Positions 56,451 to 64,000 of a stretch of DNA of 64,000 nt are shown piece by piece. The translations under genes were made by a program, and so were the position numbers. The stretch comes from Acidimicrobiales bacterium (GTDB lineage: Bacteria; Actinomycetota; Acidimicrobiia; Acidimicrobiales; RAAP-2). Where the stretch lies: assembly GCA_035552255.1 (NCBI GenBank), contig DASZLS010000125.1, positions 28,080 to 92,079 of the forward strand, given 5' to 3'. Numbering within the stretch: position 1 is the stretch's first letter; each line of letters opens with the position of its first letter. The notes under the pieces are model-generated. The model did no database searches. It was not told the DNA's origin and worked only from the letters and a program-made list of their open reading frames with translations.

Positions 56451-58295
56451 ATGGCGCCTACGTTTTCTCCCGATCACTTGCTCGCGGGACGCTACCGCAT
56501 TGTCCATCTGCTGGGCGTCGGTCAAACGGCCGAGATCTATGAAGCAGACGACGTTTCCCTCCAGCGTCGCGTTGCGGTCAAGGTGTTGCTGCCAGGACTC
56601 GCCCAACACGAGGACATCCGCCGCGCGTTTCGTGACCGCATTATCCGTGCGTCGACGCTGAGCCATCCCCACCTCGCTCGGGTGTTCGACGGGGGCCAGG
56701 AGTCCGGGGCGATCTTCATGATCAGCGAATACCTGGGCGGCGGCTCCCTGGAAGATGTCCTGCGATCAGGCCGGCACCTCAGCATCGACGATGGTGCGCG
56801 ACTCGGGCGCGATGTCGCGAGCGCCCTCGGGTACGCGCACGAGCACGGTTTCGTCCTCGGCAACCTCTCGCCGTCGAAGCTGATCTTTGATGACGACGGT
56901 CGCGTACGGGTGAGTGACGTCGCGTTGGCGGGACTGGCGAGCGCGTACCGAGAGCGCATGACGCTCGACGACGCGCGATACCTCTCGCCCGAACAGGCCG
57001 TCGGCGAGGCGGCGGGCCCCGAGAGCGACGTCTACGCACTCGCCCTGATTCTTTTCGAGGCCGTCACTGGATCGGCTGCGTACGAAGGATCGACGCCCGA
57101 AGCGATCTTGCGGGCCCGTCTTGATGCGCCACTGCCCGTGCGGCTCGAGCTCGGCACGCTCGACATGGTGCTCGCCCAAGCCGCGGTGCCGGATCCGCGA
57201 CTTCGACTGGACGCGGCGCAGTTCTCCGCGCGACTCGGCGCGGTGGTTGGTGACGCGTCGCCGCTCATTGTCCACCCGGGCGCCGAAGAGCCGTTGCTCG
57301 CGCAGTTCGAACCTTTGAAACCGCGTAGCTCGATTGGCTTCAGCGCACCCTCGGCCGAGCAAGTGACCGGCGCCTCGCCGATCGTTGCCGCAGGGTCCTT
57401 CCCGAGGGCGCCACGCGGGCAAGTCTCGAGCTCGCCCACGGTGCGAACGCCGCTCGGACGCACGCCGCGTTTTGAGCGTCCTTCCTACGACCTTCCTCGC
57501 ACCGAGCGACGACGCTGGGGCTTTCTCGTCGCCGCGATCGTCATCGTGGTGCTCGCGATCGTTGCCGGCGCCCTGTGGAAAGAGGGCTTCTTCAAGTCGA
57601 CGAACACCGTGCCCAACCTCGTCGGTAAGACCACGGCACAGGCCTCGAGCGCGATCACGAGCGACGGCTACACCCTGCAGATCGCCGATGCCTATTCGCC
57701 CACGGTTGCCGTGAACGACATCATCTCCCAGTCACCGGTCGCCGGAGCGAAGGAAAAATCCGGCACCGTGATCGAGGTGCAGGTCTCGAAAGGTCCCGCC
57801 GTCGCGACATTGCCAAAGCACCTCGTTGGCGAGAGCTGTACCACCGCCGCGACGCAGCTGACGGCGATCCACGTGAAGTCCACCTGTCCCGCGGGCGATC
57901 GGATTTACTCGAACGTGACGAGCGCGAATCGCATCGCACGGGTTCTCTATAAGGGGACGGCCAATCCGCTTGCTGTCCCGCGCGGTGCGACGGTCATCCT
58001 TGAGCGTTCGAAGGGCCCGCACGTCGCGACCACGACCACCACGACACCACCTGCCGCCACCACGACCACCACCACGACGACGACCGCGCCGGCCAATCAA
58101 GGCCCACGCGCCGTGCCCAATGTGGTGGGCGATGACTACGCACAAGCCACCGCCGCGATGCATAAAGCCGTGCTCTATTTCACGACCGAAGGACCAGGTG
58201 CAGGGACGACGACGTGGACCAAGGTCGTCTCAGAGGATCCGATTGCGGGCACGAAAGTTGCCTACAAATCGACGATCATCTTGCACGTGCAGTGA
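56451..58295 (+). CDS. Membrane-anchored PASTA-domain Ser/Thr kinase homologue with degenerate catalytic loop (predicted pseudokinase)
   Basis: 614 aa. Kinase fold with the VAVK Lys and the SPE motif retained, but HRDLKPxN is replaced by LGNLSPSK (nt 56853-56879) and DFG by SDV (56913-56921). One TM helix, then three PASTA-like repeats and a Thr/Pro linker. Confidence 0.8.
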   Translation: MAPTFSPDHLLAGRYRIVHLLGVGQTAEIYEADDVSLQRRVAVKVLLPGLAQHEDIRRAFRDRIIRASTLSHPHLARVFDGGQESGAIFMISEYLGGGSLEDVLRSGRHLSIDDGARLGRDVASALGYAHEHGFVLGNLSPSKLIFDDDGRVRVSDVALAGLASAYRERMTLDDARYLSPEQAVGEAAGPESDVYALALILFEAVTGSAAYEGSTPEAILRARLDAPLPVRLELGTLDMVLAQAAVPDPRLRLDAAQFSARLGAVVGDASPLIVHPGAEEPLLAQFEPLKPRSSIGFSAPSAEQVTGASPIVAAGSFPRAPRGQVSSSPTVRTPLGRTPRFERPSYDLPRTERRRWGFLVAAIVIVVLAIVAGALWKEGFFKSTNTVPNLVGKTTAQASSAITSDGYTLQIADAYSPTVAVNDIISQSPVAGAKEKSGTVIEVQVSKGPAVATLPKHLVGESCTTAATQLTAIHVKSTCPAGDRIYSNVTSANRIARVLYKGTANPLAVPRGATVILERSKGPHVATTTTTTPPAATTTTTTTTTAPANQGPRAVPNVVGDDYAQATAAMHKAVLYFTTEGPGAGTTTWTKVVSEDPIAGTKVAYKSTIILHVQ

Positions 58296-58588
58296 GCAGT
58301 AAGTGCGAGCTCTGCGAGGCTGCCGTCGTCACGAAGCGGTACTTCGAAGACGAGCTGTGCTGGATCGGTGACTGCGAGATCTGTCTCGTGCCGATGGTCG
58401 TATGGCGGGTGCATGATCCCGAACCGCCCGAGGACGTGAAGCGGTCTCTTCATGACGCGTTGGCTCGCGTCGCCGAGGAGGAGTTCGTCGATACGACCTG
58501 GACCATCGACGACCACATGCGCAACATCCCCGACCACTATCACGCGCACGCGAGACCTCCGTATTTCTGGCGACGGCATCTCGTTTAG
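58292..58588 (+). CDS. Small CxxC / histidine-triad-like (HIT-like) protein
   Basis: 98 aa from GTG 58292 (GTGA overlap with the kinase-homologue stop). CELC and CEIC pairs near the N-terminus. C-terminal DHYHAHA matches the H-x-H-x-H-x HIT pattern. Confidence 0.55.
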   Translation: MSSKCELCEAAVVTKRYFEDELCWIGDCEICLVPMVVWRVHDPEPPEDVKRSLHDALARVAEEEFVDTTWTIDDHMRNIPDHYHAHARPPYFWRRHLV

Positions 58589-58644
58589 GGACGGAGGGCA
58601 CCCTCGTTACAATCGGTGCAGCACTTCAACATCGAGGGGGGCTC

Positions 58645-59523
58645 ATGGGAGCACTGGACGGTCGGGTCGCCATCATTACGGGGGCGGGACGCGGTATTGG
58701 CCGTGAGCACGCGCTGCTCTTCGCGGCGGAAGGCGCGAAAGTCGTAGTGAACGACATCGGCGGTGCACTTGATGGATCGACGACGGAGGCGACGCCCGCC
58801 GAGGAAGTCGTCGCCGAGATCAGGTCTTTCGGTGGAGAAGCCGTTGCGAACCACGACAACGTGGCCACCTGGGACGGCGGAAAGCGGCTCGTCAAGAGCG
58901 CCGTCGAGGCGTTCGGCGATCTGCACGTGCTCGTCAACAACGCGGGCATTTTGCGCGACCGGGTGCTCGTGAACCTGAGTGAAGAGGACTGGGATTCGGT
59001 CATCACCGTCCACTTGAAGGGACACTTCGTGCCGACTCGTCACGCGGCCGTCTACTGGCGCGAACAGGCGAAGAACGGGAAGACCGTGCGGGCGTCGGTC
59101 ATCAATACCTCCTCCACGTCGGGGCTGCTCGGCAATGTCGGCCAGTCCAACTACGGGGCCGCGAAGTCGGGCATCGCCTCCTTCAGCGTGATCATCGCCG
59201 AAGAGCTTGGCCGTTACGGCGTTCGAGTGAACGCGATTGTGCCCGCTGCACGCACGCGAATGACCGAATCGACACCGGGACTGTCTGATTACGTCGTCAA
59301 GCCGCCCGATCCCGCAGTCTTTGACCTCTGGGACCCGGCCAACATCTCTCCGCTCGTGGCCACGCTGGCGATGGAAAATTGCACCGTGACGGGCCAGGTC
59401 TTGTTCGTCCAAGGTGGCACGGTTCGCAAGTTCCAGAATTGGACGATGACCGACACGATCGAAAAGAACGATCGCTGGACGGTGAGCGAGCTCGCGGCGG
59501 AGCTGCCGACGCTGCTGGCCTGA
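58645..59523 (+). CDS. SDR-family oxidoreductase (3-oxoacyl/3-hydroxyacyl reductase-like)
   Basis: 292 aa. TGAGRGIG cofactor motif, NNAG, and catalytic S...YGAAK. Confidence 0.9.
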   Translation: MGALDGRVAIITGAGRGIGREHALLFAAEGAKVVVNDIGGALDGSTTEATPAEEVVAEIRSFGGEAVANHDNVATWDGGKRLVKSAVEAFGDLHVLVNNAGILRDRVLVNLSEEDWDSVITVHLKGHFVPTRHAAVYWREQAKNGKTVRASVINTSSTSGLLGNVGQSNYGAAKSGIASFSVIIAEELGRYGVRVNAIVPAARTRMTESTPGLSDYVVKPPDPAVFDLWDPANISPLVATLAMENCTVTGQVLFVQGGTVRKFQNWTMTDTIEKNDRWTVSELAAELPTLLA

Positions 59524-59596
59524 ACGGAGAAAGTCGGCGCGTTCTCCCAGATGCACAACTGAGTGTGTCTGAAACGACCCGGTAGTCTTGAGGCTT

Positions 59597-60346
59597 ATGA
59601 CGGTTGACGTACTTCCTGGCGCTGAGGCGTTTTCGCACCACGGCAACGCCTCAGGTGTGCTGGTATTGCACGGGTTCACGGGCAATCCAAGCTCGATGCG
59701 CTCGCTTGCCGAGCGGGCCGCCGCAGCCGGTTACAGCGTTGAGCTACCCCGTTTGCCGGGCCACGGCACGACGGTCGAGGACATGGTGACGACCACCTGG
59801 GCCGATTGGTCGAAGACCGCCGAGCTCGCGTACGACGATCTGTCCGAGCGTTGCTCGAAGGTCGCCGTGGTCGGACTGTCGATGGGCGGCGGTCTCGCCG
59901 CCTACCTCGCCGAAGAGCGTCCCGGCGTCTCTGGATGCGTCCTGATCAATCCCCTCGTCAAGCCGCCGACGGCTGAGCTCTACGACGGTCTCGTTGCGTT
60001 GTTGGACGCCGGTATCGAGTCGATCGACTCAATCGGCTCGGACGTGAAGATGGAGAGCGTGGTCGAGAGTTCCTACGACGCGACGCCGCTCGTTCCTGCC
60101 AAGAGTCTTTTCGAAGCCATGGCGCTCGTGCACGAGAACCTCAGTCGAATTGCCGCCCCCACGCTGCTGCTGTCGAGCCGCGAAGATCATGTCGTCACCT
60201 CTGACAATGGTGACGATCTGGTTGCGCAGGTATCGGGTCCGATAGAACGTGTCTGGCTCGAGAACTCGTATCACGTGGCGACGATCGACAACGATCAAGA
60301 GCTCGTGGAGTCCCTGACGATGGGCTTTCTCGCGCGAGTCCTCTAG
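59597..60346 (+). CDS. Alpha/beta hydrolase (carboxylesterase / monoacylglycerol-lipase-like)
   Basis: Nucleophile elbow GLSMGG and HGFTGNP oxyanion region. Start at ATG 59597 or TTG 59588. Confidence 0.85.
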   Translation: MTVDVLPGAEAFSHHGNASGVLVLHGFTGNPSSMRSLAERAAAAGYSVELPRLPGHGTTVEDMVTTTWADWSKTAELAYDDLSERCSKVAVVGLSMGGGLAAYLAEERPGVSGCVLINPLVKPPTAELYDGLVALLDAGIESIDSIGSDVKMESVVESSYDATPLVPAKSLFEAMALVHENLSRIAAPTLLLSSREDHVVTSDNGDDLVAQVSGPIERVWLENSYHVATIDNDQELVESLTMGFLARVL

Positions 60347-60348
60347 CC

Positions 60349-60651
60349 ATGGCAACGCCCCTCCGACGTGAAGACGTCGCCAAAGTCGCCAAGCTCGCTC
60401 GACTGTCGCTGAGCGAAGAAGAGCTCGACACGTTCACCGAGCAGTTGGGTCAGATATTGGAGCACGCGAACGATATCGCCGCGCTCAACCTTGACGACAT
60501 CGTCGCGACCGCACACCCCTTCGGACTCATCAACGTGGTCCGCGACGACATCCTGGTCCCGTGCCTGCCGGTTGATGACGTGCTCGGGATGGCACCGGAC
60601 GCGGAAGACGGTCGTTTCGCCGTGCCTCGGATCATGGGAGAGGCGCCGTGA
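60349..60651 (+). CDS. gatC: Asp-tRNA(Asn)/Glu-tRNA(Gln) amidotransferase subunit C
   Basis: 100 aa. VAKLARLSLSEEELD..T.QL..IL signature. Confidence 0.9.
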   Translation: MATPLRREDVAKVAKLARLSLSEEELDTFTEQLGQILEHANDIAALNLDDIVATAHPFGLINVVRDDILVPCLPVDDVLGMAPDAEDGRFAVPRIMGEAP

Positions 60652-62072
60652 AGAGCGCCGTAGAGATCGTGCGTGATATCAAGCAGGGCGCAACGACGGC
60701 GAGCGCGGAGTTGGAGCGCTCGCTCGAGGCGATTCACGCTCGCAACGAAGAGCTCAATGTCTTTGTGCACGTGGACGAGACCGCGGCGCGCGAGACCGCG
60801 GCGCGCATTGACGAGCGGGTGGTCCAGGGTGAGGACCCCGGTGCGCTCGCGGGTGTACCGATCGCGCTGAAGGACAACTTGTGCCGCATTGGTGTCCCTA
60901 CCACCGCGGGATCAAGAATTTTGGAGGGATGGAAGCCGCCCTACAGCGCGACCGTCGTCGACCTCTTGCTCGCAGCCGGAGCGGTCCCGGTTGGCACCAC
61001 CAACATGGACGAGTTTGCGATGGGTTCCTCCACCGAGACTTCGTACTACGGACCCACGCGCAACCCGCTCGACCCGAGTCGCGTGCCCGGTGGCTCGTCG
61101 GGTGGCTCCGCGGCGGCGGTCGCGGCAGGCATGACCCCCATCTCGCTCGGCTCGGATACCGGCGGTTCAATTCGTCAGCCGGCTGCTCTCTGCGGGATCG
61201 TCGGCGTGAAGCCGACCTACGGACTGGTCTCTCGCTACGGGCTCATCGCCTTTGCGAGTTCGCTCGATCAGATTGGACCGTTCGCCACGAATGTCACTGA
61301 CGCGGCATTGGTGCTCGAAACCATCGCCGGGCACGACCCGCGCGACTCGACGTCACTCCCTGAACCCGCGCCCTCCCTGGTGTCGGTCATCGAGAGCGGC
61401 GTCGCGGGCAAACGCGTTGCGCTCGTTCGCGAACTGGTGGACGGCGCGGACGCTGACGTCGTTGATGCCGTGCAACGCGCGGCCGATGCCCTCCGCGAGG
61501 CGGGAGCCACGATCGTCGAGCTGTCGATTCCCGAATGCCGCCTCGGCCTCAGTGCGTACTACCTCATCGCACCCGCGGAGGCATCAAGCAACCTCGCACG
61601 GTACGACGGCGTGCGCTACGGACTGCGCGTTGACGCCGAAGACGTCTCGGCGATGAATGAAGCGACTCGCACGCTCGGCTTTGGGGCCGAAGTGAAGCGA
61701 CGCATCATGCTCGGGACCTACGCGCTCTCGGCCGGCTACTACGACGCGTATTACGGTCAAGCGCTCAAAGTCCGCACGCAGATGATCGACGCCTTTCGAT
61801 CGGCCTACCGTGAGGCGGACGTGCTCCTTGGGGCGACTGCGCCATCGGTTGCCTTCAAGTTCGGCGAGAAGATGAGCAACCCGCTCGCCATGTATCTCTC
61901 CGACGTCTTTACGATTCCGACCAATCTGGCCGGCGACGCCGCCATCTCGGTGCCCTTCGGCACGGGCGAGGCGGGTCTGCCCATTGGCGTGCAGCTGCTC
62001 GGGCCTGGTCGCAGCGAAGCACAACTCTTCGCTGCTGGTCGTGTCCTCGAGCTCGCGAGGGAGTCGTCATGA
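60648..62072 (+). CDS. gatA: Asp-tRNA(Asn)/Glu-tRNA(Gln) amidotransferase subunit A
   Basis: 474 aa. Amidase signature GGSSGGSAAAVA...GSDTGGSIRQPA. Confidence 0.97.
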   Translation: MKSAVEIVRDIKQGATTASAELERSLEAIHARNEELNVFVHVDETAARETAARIDERVVQGEDPGALAGVPIALKDNLCRIGVPTTAGSRILEGWKPPYSATVVDLLLAAGAVPVGTTNMDEFAMGSSTETSYYGPTRNPLDPSRVPGGSSGGSAAAVAAGMTPISLGSDTGGSIRQPAALCGIVGVKPTYGLVSRYGLIAFASSLDQIGPFATNVTDAALVLETIAGHDPRDSTSLPEPAPSLVSVIESGVAGKRVALVRELVDGADADVVDAVQRAADALREAGATIVELSIPECRLGLSAYYLIAPAEASSNLARYDGVRYGLRVDAEDVSAMNEATRTLGFGAEVKRRIMLGTYALSAGYYDAYYGQALKVRTQMIDAFRSAYREADVLLGATAPSVAFKFGEKMSNPLAMYLSDVFTIPTNLAGDAAISVPFGTGEAGLPIGVQLLGPGRSEAQLFAAGRVLELARESS

Positions 62073-63496
62073 CGCTGCCAAACGGGTGGGAGATGGTGGT
62101 CGGTCTCGAAGTGCACACCGAGCTACGCACCACGACCAAGATGTTCTGTGGCTGTGCCAATGCCTTTGGTGCCGCCCCCAACACGCACGTTTGCCCGGTC
62201 TGTCTCGGCCTGCCTGGATCGCTCCCTGTGCTCAACGTGCGCGCGGTCGATCTCGCGATGGCGATCGGCGTCGCACTGCACTCGCGAATCGGGTTCTCCA
62301 CGTTTCACCGCAAGAACTACTTCTATCCCGATATGCCGAAAGACTTCCAGATCAGCCAGTATGACCTGCCTATCAACTCAGGTGGCTACCTCGCTCTCCT
62401 CGACGGCTCCAGGATCAGCATTGAACGCGCTCACCTCGAAGAGGACACCGGCAAGACGACCCACCTTGGCGCGAGTGGTCGAATTCACGGCGCCGAGCGC
62501 TCGCTTGTCGACTACAACCGTTCCGGTGTTCCGCTCGTCGAGATCGTCTCAGGGCCTGACATCCGGAGCTCCACTCAAGCTCGTCTCTACGCGTCCGAGT
62601 TGCGCGGCATCCTCATCGCGACGGGCGCATCCGACGGTCGCATGGAAGAGGGCTCGATGCGCATCGACGCCAACGTCTCCGTGCGAAAGAGTGGCGATCC
62701 CTTCGGCACGCGTTGTGAGATCAAGAACCTGAACTCGTTGCGCAGCCTCGTGCGCGCGATCGACTTTGAGGCACTGCGCCAAACCGAACTCCTCGATGAC
62801 GGTGGCGTCGTGCGCCAGGAGACTCGTCACTGGGATGACGCGGTGGGTGCGACGTCAACCATGCGAGTAAAGGAAGAGGCCGAAGATTATCGGTATTTCC
62901 GAGAGCCCGACCTCGTGGACTTGGATCCCGACTCGGCTTGGCAGGAGCGCATCCGCACCTCGCTTGGACCGATGCCCGCAGAGCGCCGAGGCGCGCTGCT
63001 TGATCGGCTGCATGAGCCCACTTCCGCACAGCGCGATGCGCTCGAGGTCGTCGTTGATCTCAGTCTCGACGCGTACGTTGCCGCCGCACTCGACGCGGGT
63101 CTTGACGGTGCGCTCGCTATTGCGCGCGCCGCCAACGAGCTCGCCGGGGATATCGAGCATCTCGGCAACTTGACAAGTGAGGCGTTCGTCACGACGCTGT
63201 CGCTGGAATCGTCCGGGGCCCTTTCGGCGACGCAGGCGAAGACCGTGCTCACGGAGCTGCTCGCAAACGGGGGTGATCCTGCGTCTATCGCCAGGGCCAA
63301 GGGCTTTGAGCAATTGTCCTCGGATTCGCTGGGTGCGACCGTCGCCACGCTCATTGACGAGCACCCCGACGAATGGGCGCGCTACCGCGACGGTGATGAC
63401 AAGCTGGCTCAGTTCTTCATCGGACAGGTGATGAGACTCACGAGCGGTCAGGCCAATGGCAAGGCCGTCATCGCGGAGTTGCAATCTCGCCGTTAG
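62069..63496 (+). CDS. gatB: Asp-tRNA(Asn)/Glu-tRNA(Gln) amidotransferase subunit B
   Basis: 475 aa. GLEVHTEL, CPVCLGLPG, KNYFYPD, and a C-terminal YqeY-like tail. Confidence 0.97.
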   Translation: MTLPNGWEMVVGLEVHTELRTTTKMFCGCANAFGAAPNTHVCPVCLGLPGSLPVLNVRAVDLAMAIGVALHSRIGFSTFHRKNYFYPDMPKDFQISQYDLPINSGGYLALLDGSRISIERAHLEEDTGKTTHLGASGRIHGAERSLVDYNRSGVPLVEIVSGPDIRSSTQARLYASELRGILIATGASDGRMEEGSMRIDANVSVRKSGDPFGTRCEIKNLNSLRSLVRAIDFEALRQTELLDDGGVVRQETRHWDDAVGATSTMRVKEEAEDYRYFREPDLVDLDPDSAWQERIRTSLGPMPAERRGALLDRLHEPTSAQRDALEVVVDLSLDAYVAAALDAGLDGALAIARAANELAGDIEHLGNLTSEAFVTTLSLESSGALSATQAKTVLTELLANGGDPASIARAKGFEQLSSDSLGATVATLIDEHPDEWARYRDGDDKLAQFFIGQVMRLTSGQANGKAVIAELQSRR

Positions 63497-63629
63497 GGAT
63501 CGGCCCGAAGAAATCTGAGCGTCTCGTTGCTCGTGGCCTCGACCGGATACGAAACGAGCGTCGTGCGACTCGCTGCCTCGCCGAGAAGTCGAAGTTTGCG
63601 AGACTGACCGGGTGACGATCCTCGCCCCC

Positions 63630-64000
63630 ATGCCGACCAATCGTCGCTCGTTGCGATTTATTCAATTGCTGGTTGGCCTGGTGCTCTTCGGCTTCAGTGA
63701 AGGGTTGTTGGTCCGAGCGAATCTGGGACTCGATCCGTGGGACGTGTTGCAACAGGGGTTGTCGCGTACCGTCGGACTCGAGATCGGCACGTGGTCCATC
63801 ATTGTCGGCGCATTCGTTCTCTTGCTGTGGATACCGCTCCACCAGCGACCGGGAGTCGGGACGGTAGCCAACATCGTGGTCATCGGTCTCGTGCTCAATT
63901 TCACGGTGAACGAAGTTCCTGCCCCGAAAGCCCTCGCGGTTCGCTACGTCGTATTGGCCGTCGCGATTGCGCTGAATGGCATCGCGACGGGCGCGTACAT
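63630..64000 (+). CDS. YczE/YitT-like membrane protein (3' end outside window)
   Basis: Absent from the supplied ORF track; runs off the window edge without a stop. Hand translation from ATG 63630: MPTNRRSLRFIQLLVGLVLFGFSEGLLVRANLGLDPWDVLQQGLSRTVGLEIGTWSIIVG..., typical of this membrane family. Confidence 0.65.
   Translation, partial: MPTNRRSLRFIQLLVGLVLFGFSEGLLVRANLGLDPWDVLQQGLSRTVGLEIGTWSIIVGAFVLLLWIPLHQRPGVGTVANIVVIGLVLNFTVNEVPAPKALAVRYVVLAVAIALNGIATGAY

Noticed and set aside
63497-63629. Possible structured leader or riboswitch in the 133-nt gap between gatB and the YczE-like membrane gene.
   Set aside because: Only short imperfect complementarities (CTCGTT / AACGAG) were found, and no recognisable conserved riboswitch core.

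Overview
GC-rich (about 60-65% by eye), very gene-dense bacterial chromosomal segment. I call about 60 protein genes. Many are joined by 1-4 nt start/stop overlaps (ATGA/GTGA), and several convergent pairs share overlapping stop codons. Gene content and synteny look actinobacterial, possibly a streamlined Acidimicrobiia-like genome (inference only): cysteine desulfurase-mnmA-ligA ... gatCAB, an F420-type LLM oxidoreductase, a PASTA-domain kinase homologue, TTGAC-N18-TACAGT promoters, and Thr-rich linkers. Main blocks, in order: (1) tatA and a CDF-like membrane protein. (2) A near-complete histidine operon headed by a TrpR/YerC-like regulator (yerC-like, hisG, hisD, a hisC-hisB fusion, hisH, hisF, hisIE), with hisA divergent. 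(3) An Fe(III)-type ABC importer extended by two membrane proteins. (4) Assorted metabolic genes: DOPA-dioxygenase-like, GH3 NagZ/LpqI-like, gluconokinase, threonine-aldolase-like, PEBP, MBL hydrolase, RDD protein, glutamate dehydrogenase and LLM oxidoreductase. (5) A heterodimeric ABC exporter pair. (6) A nucleobase salvage cluster (upp, PRTase, NCS1 permease). (7) A 495-bp AT-rich non-coding island followed by an orphan Tat-exported family-5 solute-binding protein. (8) MFS, CadD-like, threonine dehydratase, a hypothetical exported protein and a DUF1345-like protein. (9) A putrescine/GABA catabolic cluster with an Lrp regulator and alanine dehydrogenase. (10) qor, gpx, GNATs, HAD, ileS, marR-yceI, MFS and an SSADH-like dehydrogenase. 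(11) Cysteine desulfurase-mnmA-ligA, a PASTA pseudokinase with a coupled HIT-like small protein, SDR, esterase, gatCAB, and a truncated YczE-like membrane protein at the window edge. I found no rRNA, tRNA, CRISPR array, transposase, integrase, phage or recognisable defence genes. I do not see a clear-cut novel multi-gene system. The most unusual items are: the triple-octamer operator-like spacer plus TrpR-like first cistron of the his operon; the HisC-HisB fusion; the structured AT-rich island at 28269-28763 (tandem repeat, palindrome, C-rich-loop hairpin); the PASTA pseudokinase/HIT-like pair; and an MBL gene that seems to need a non-canonical (CTG) start.
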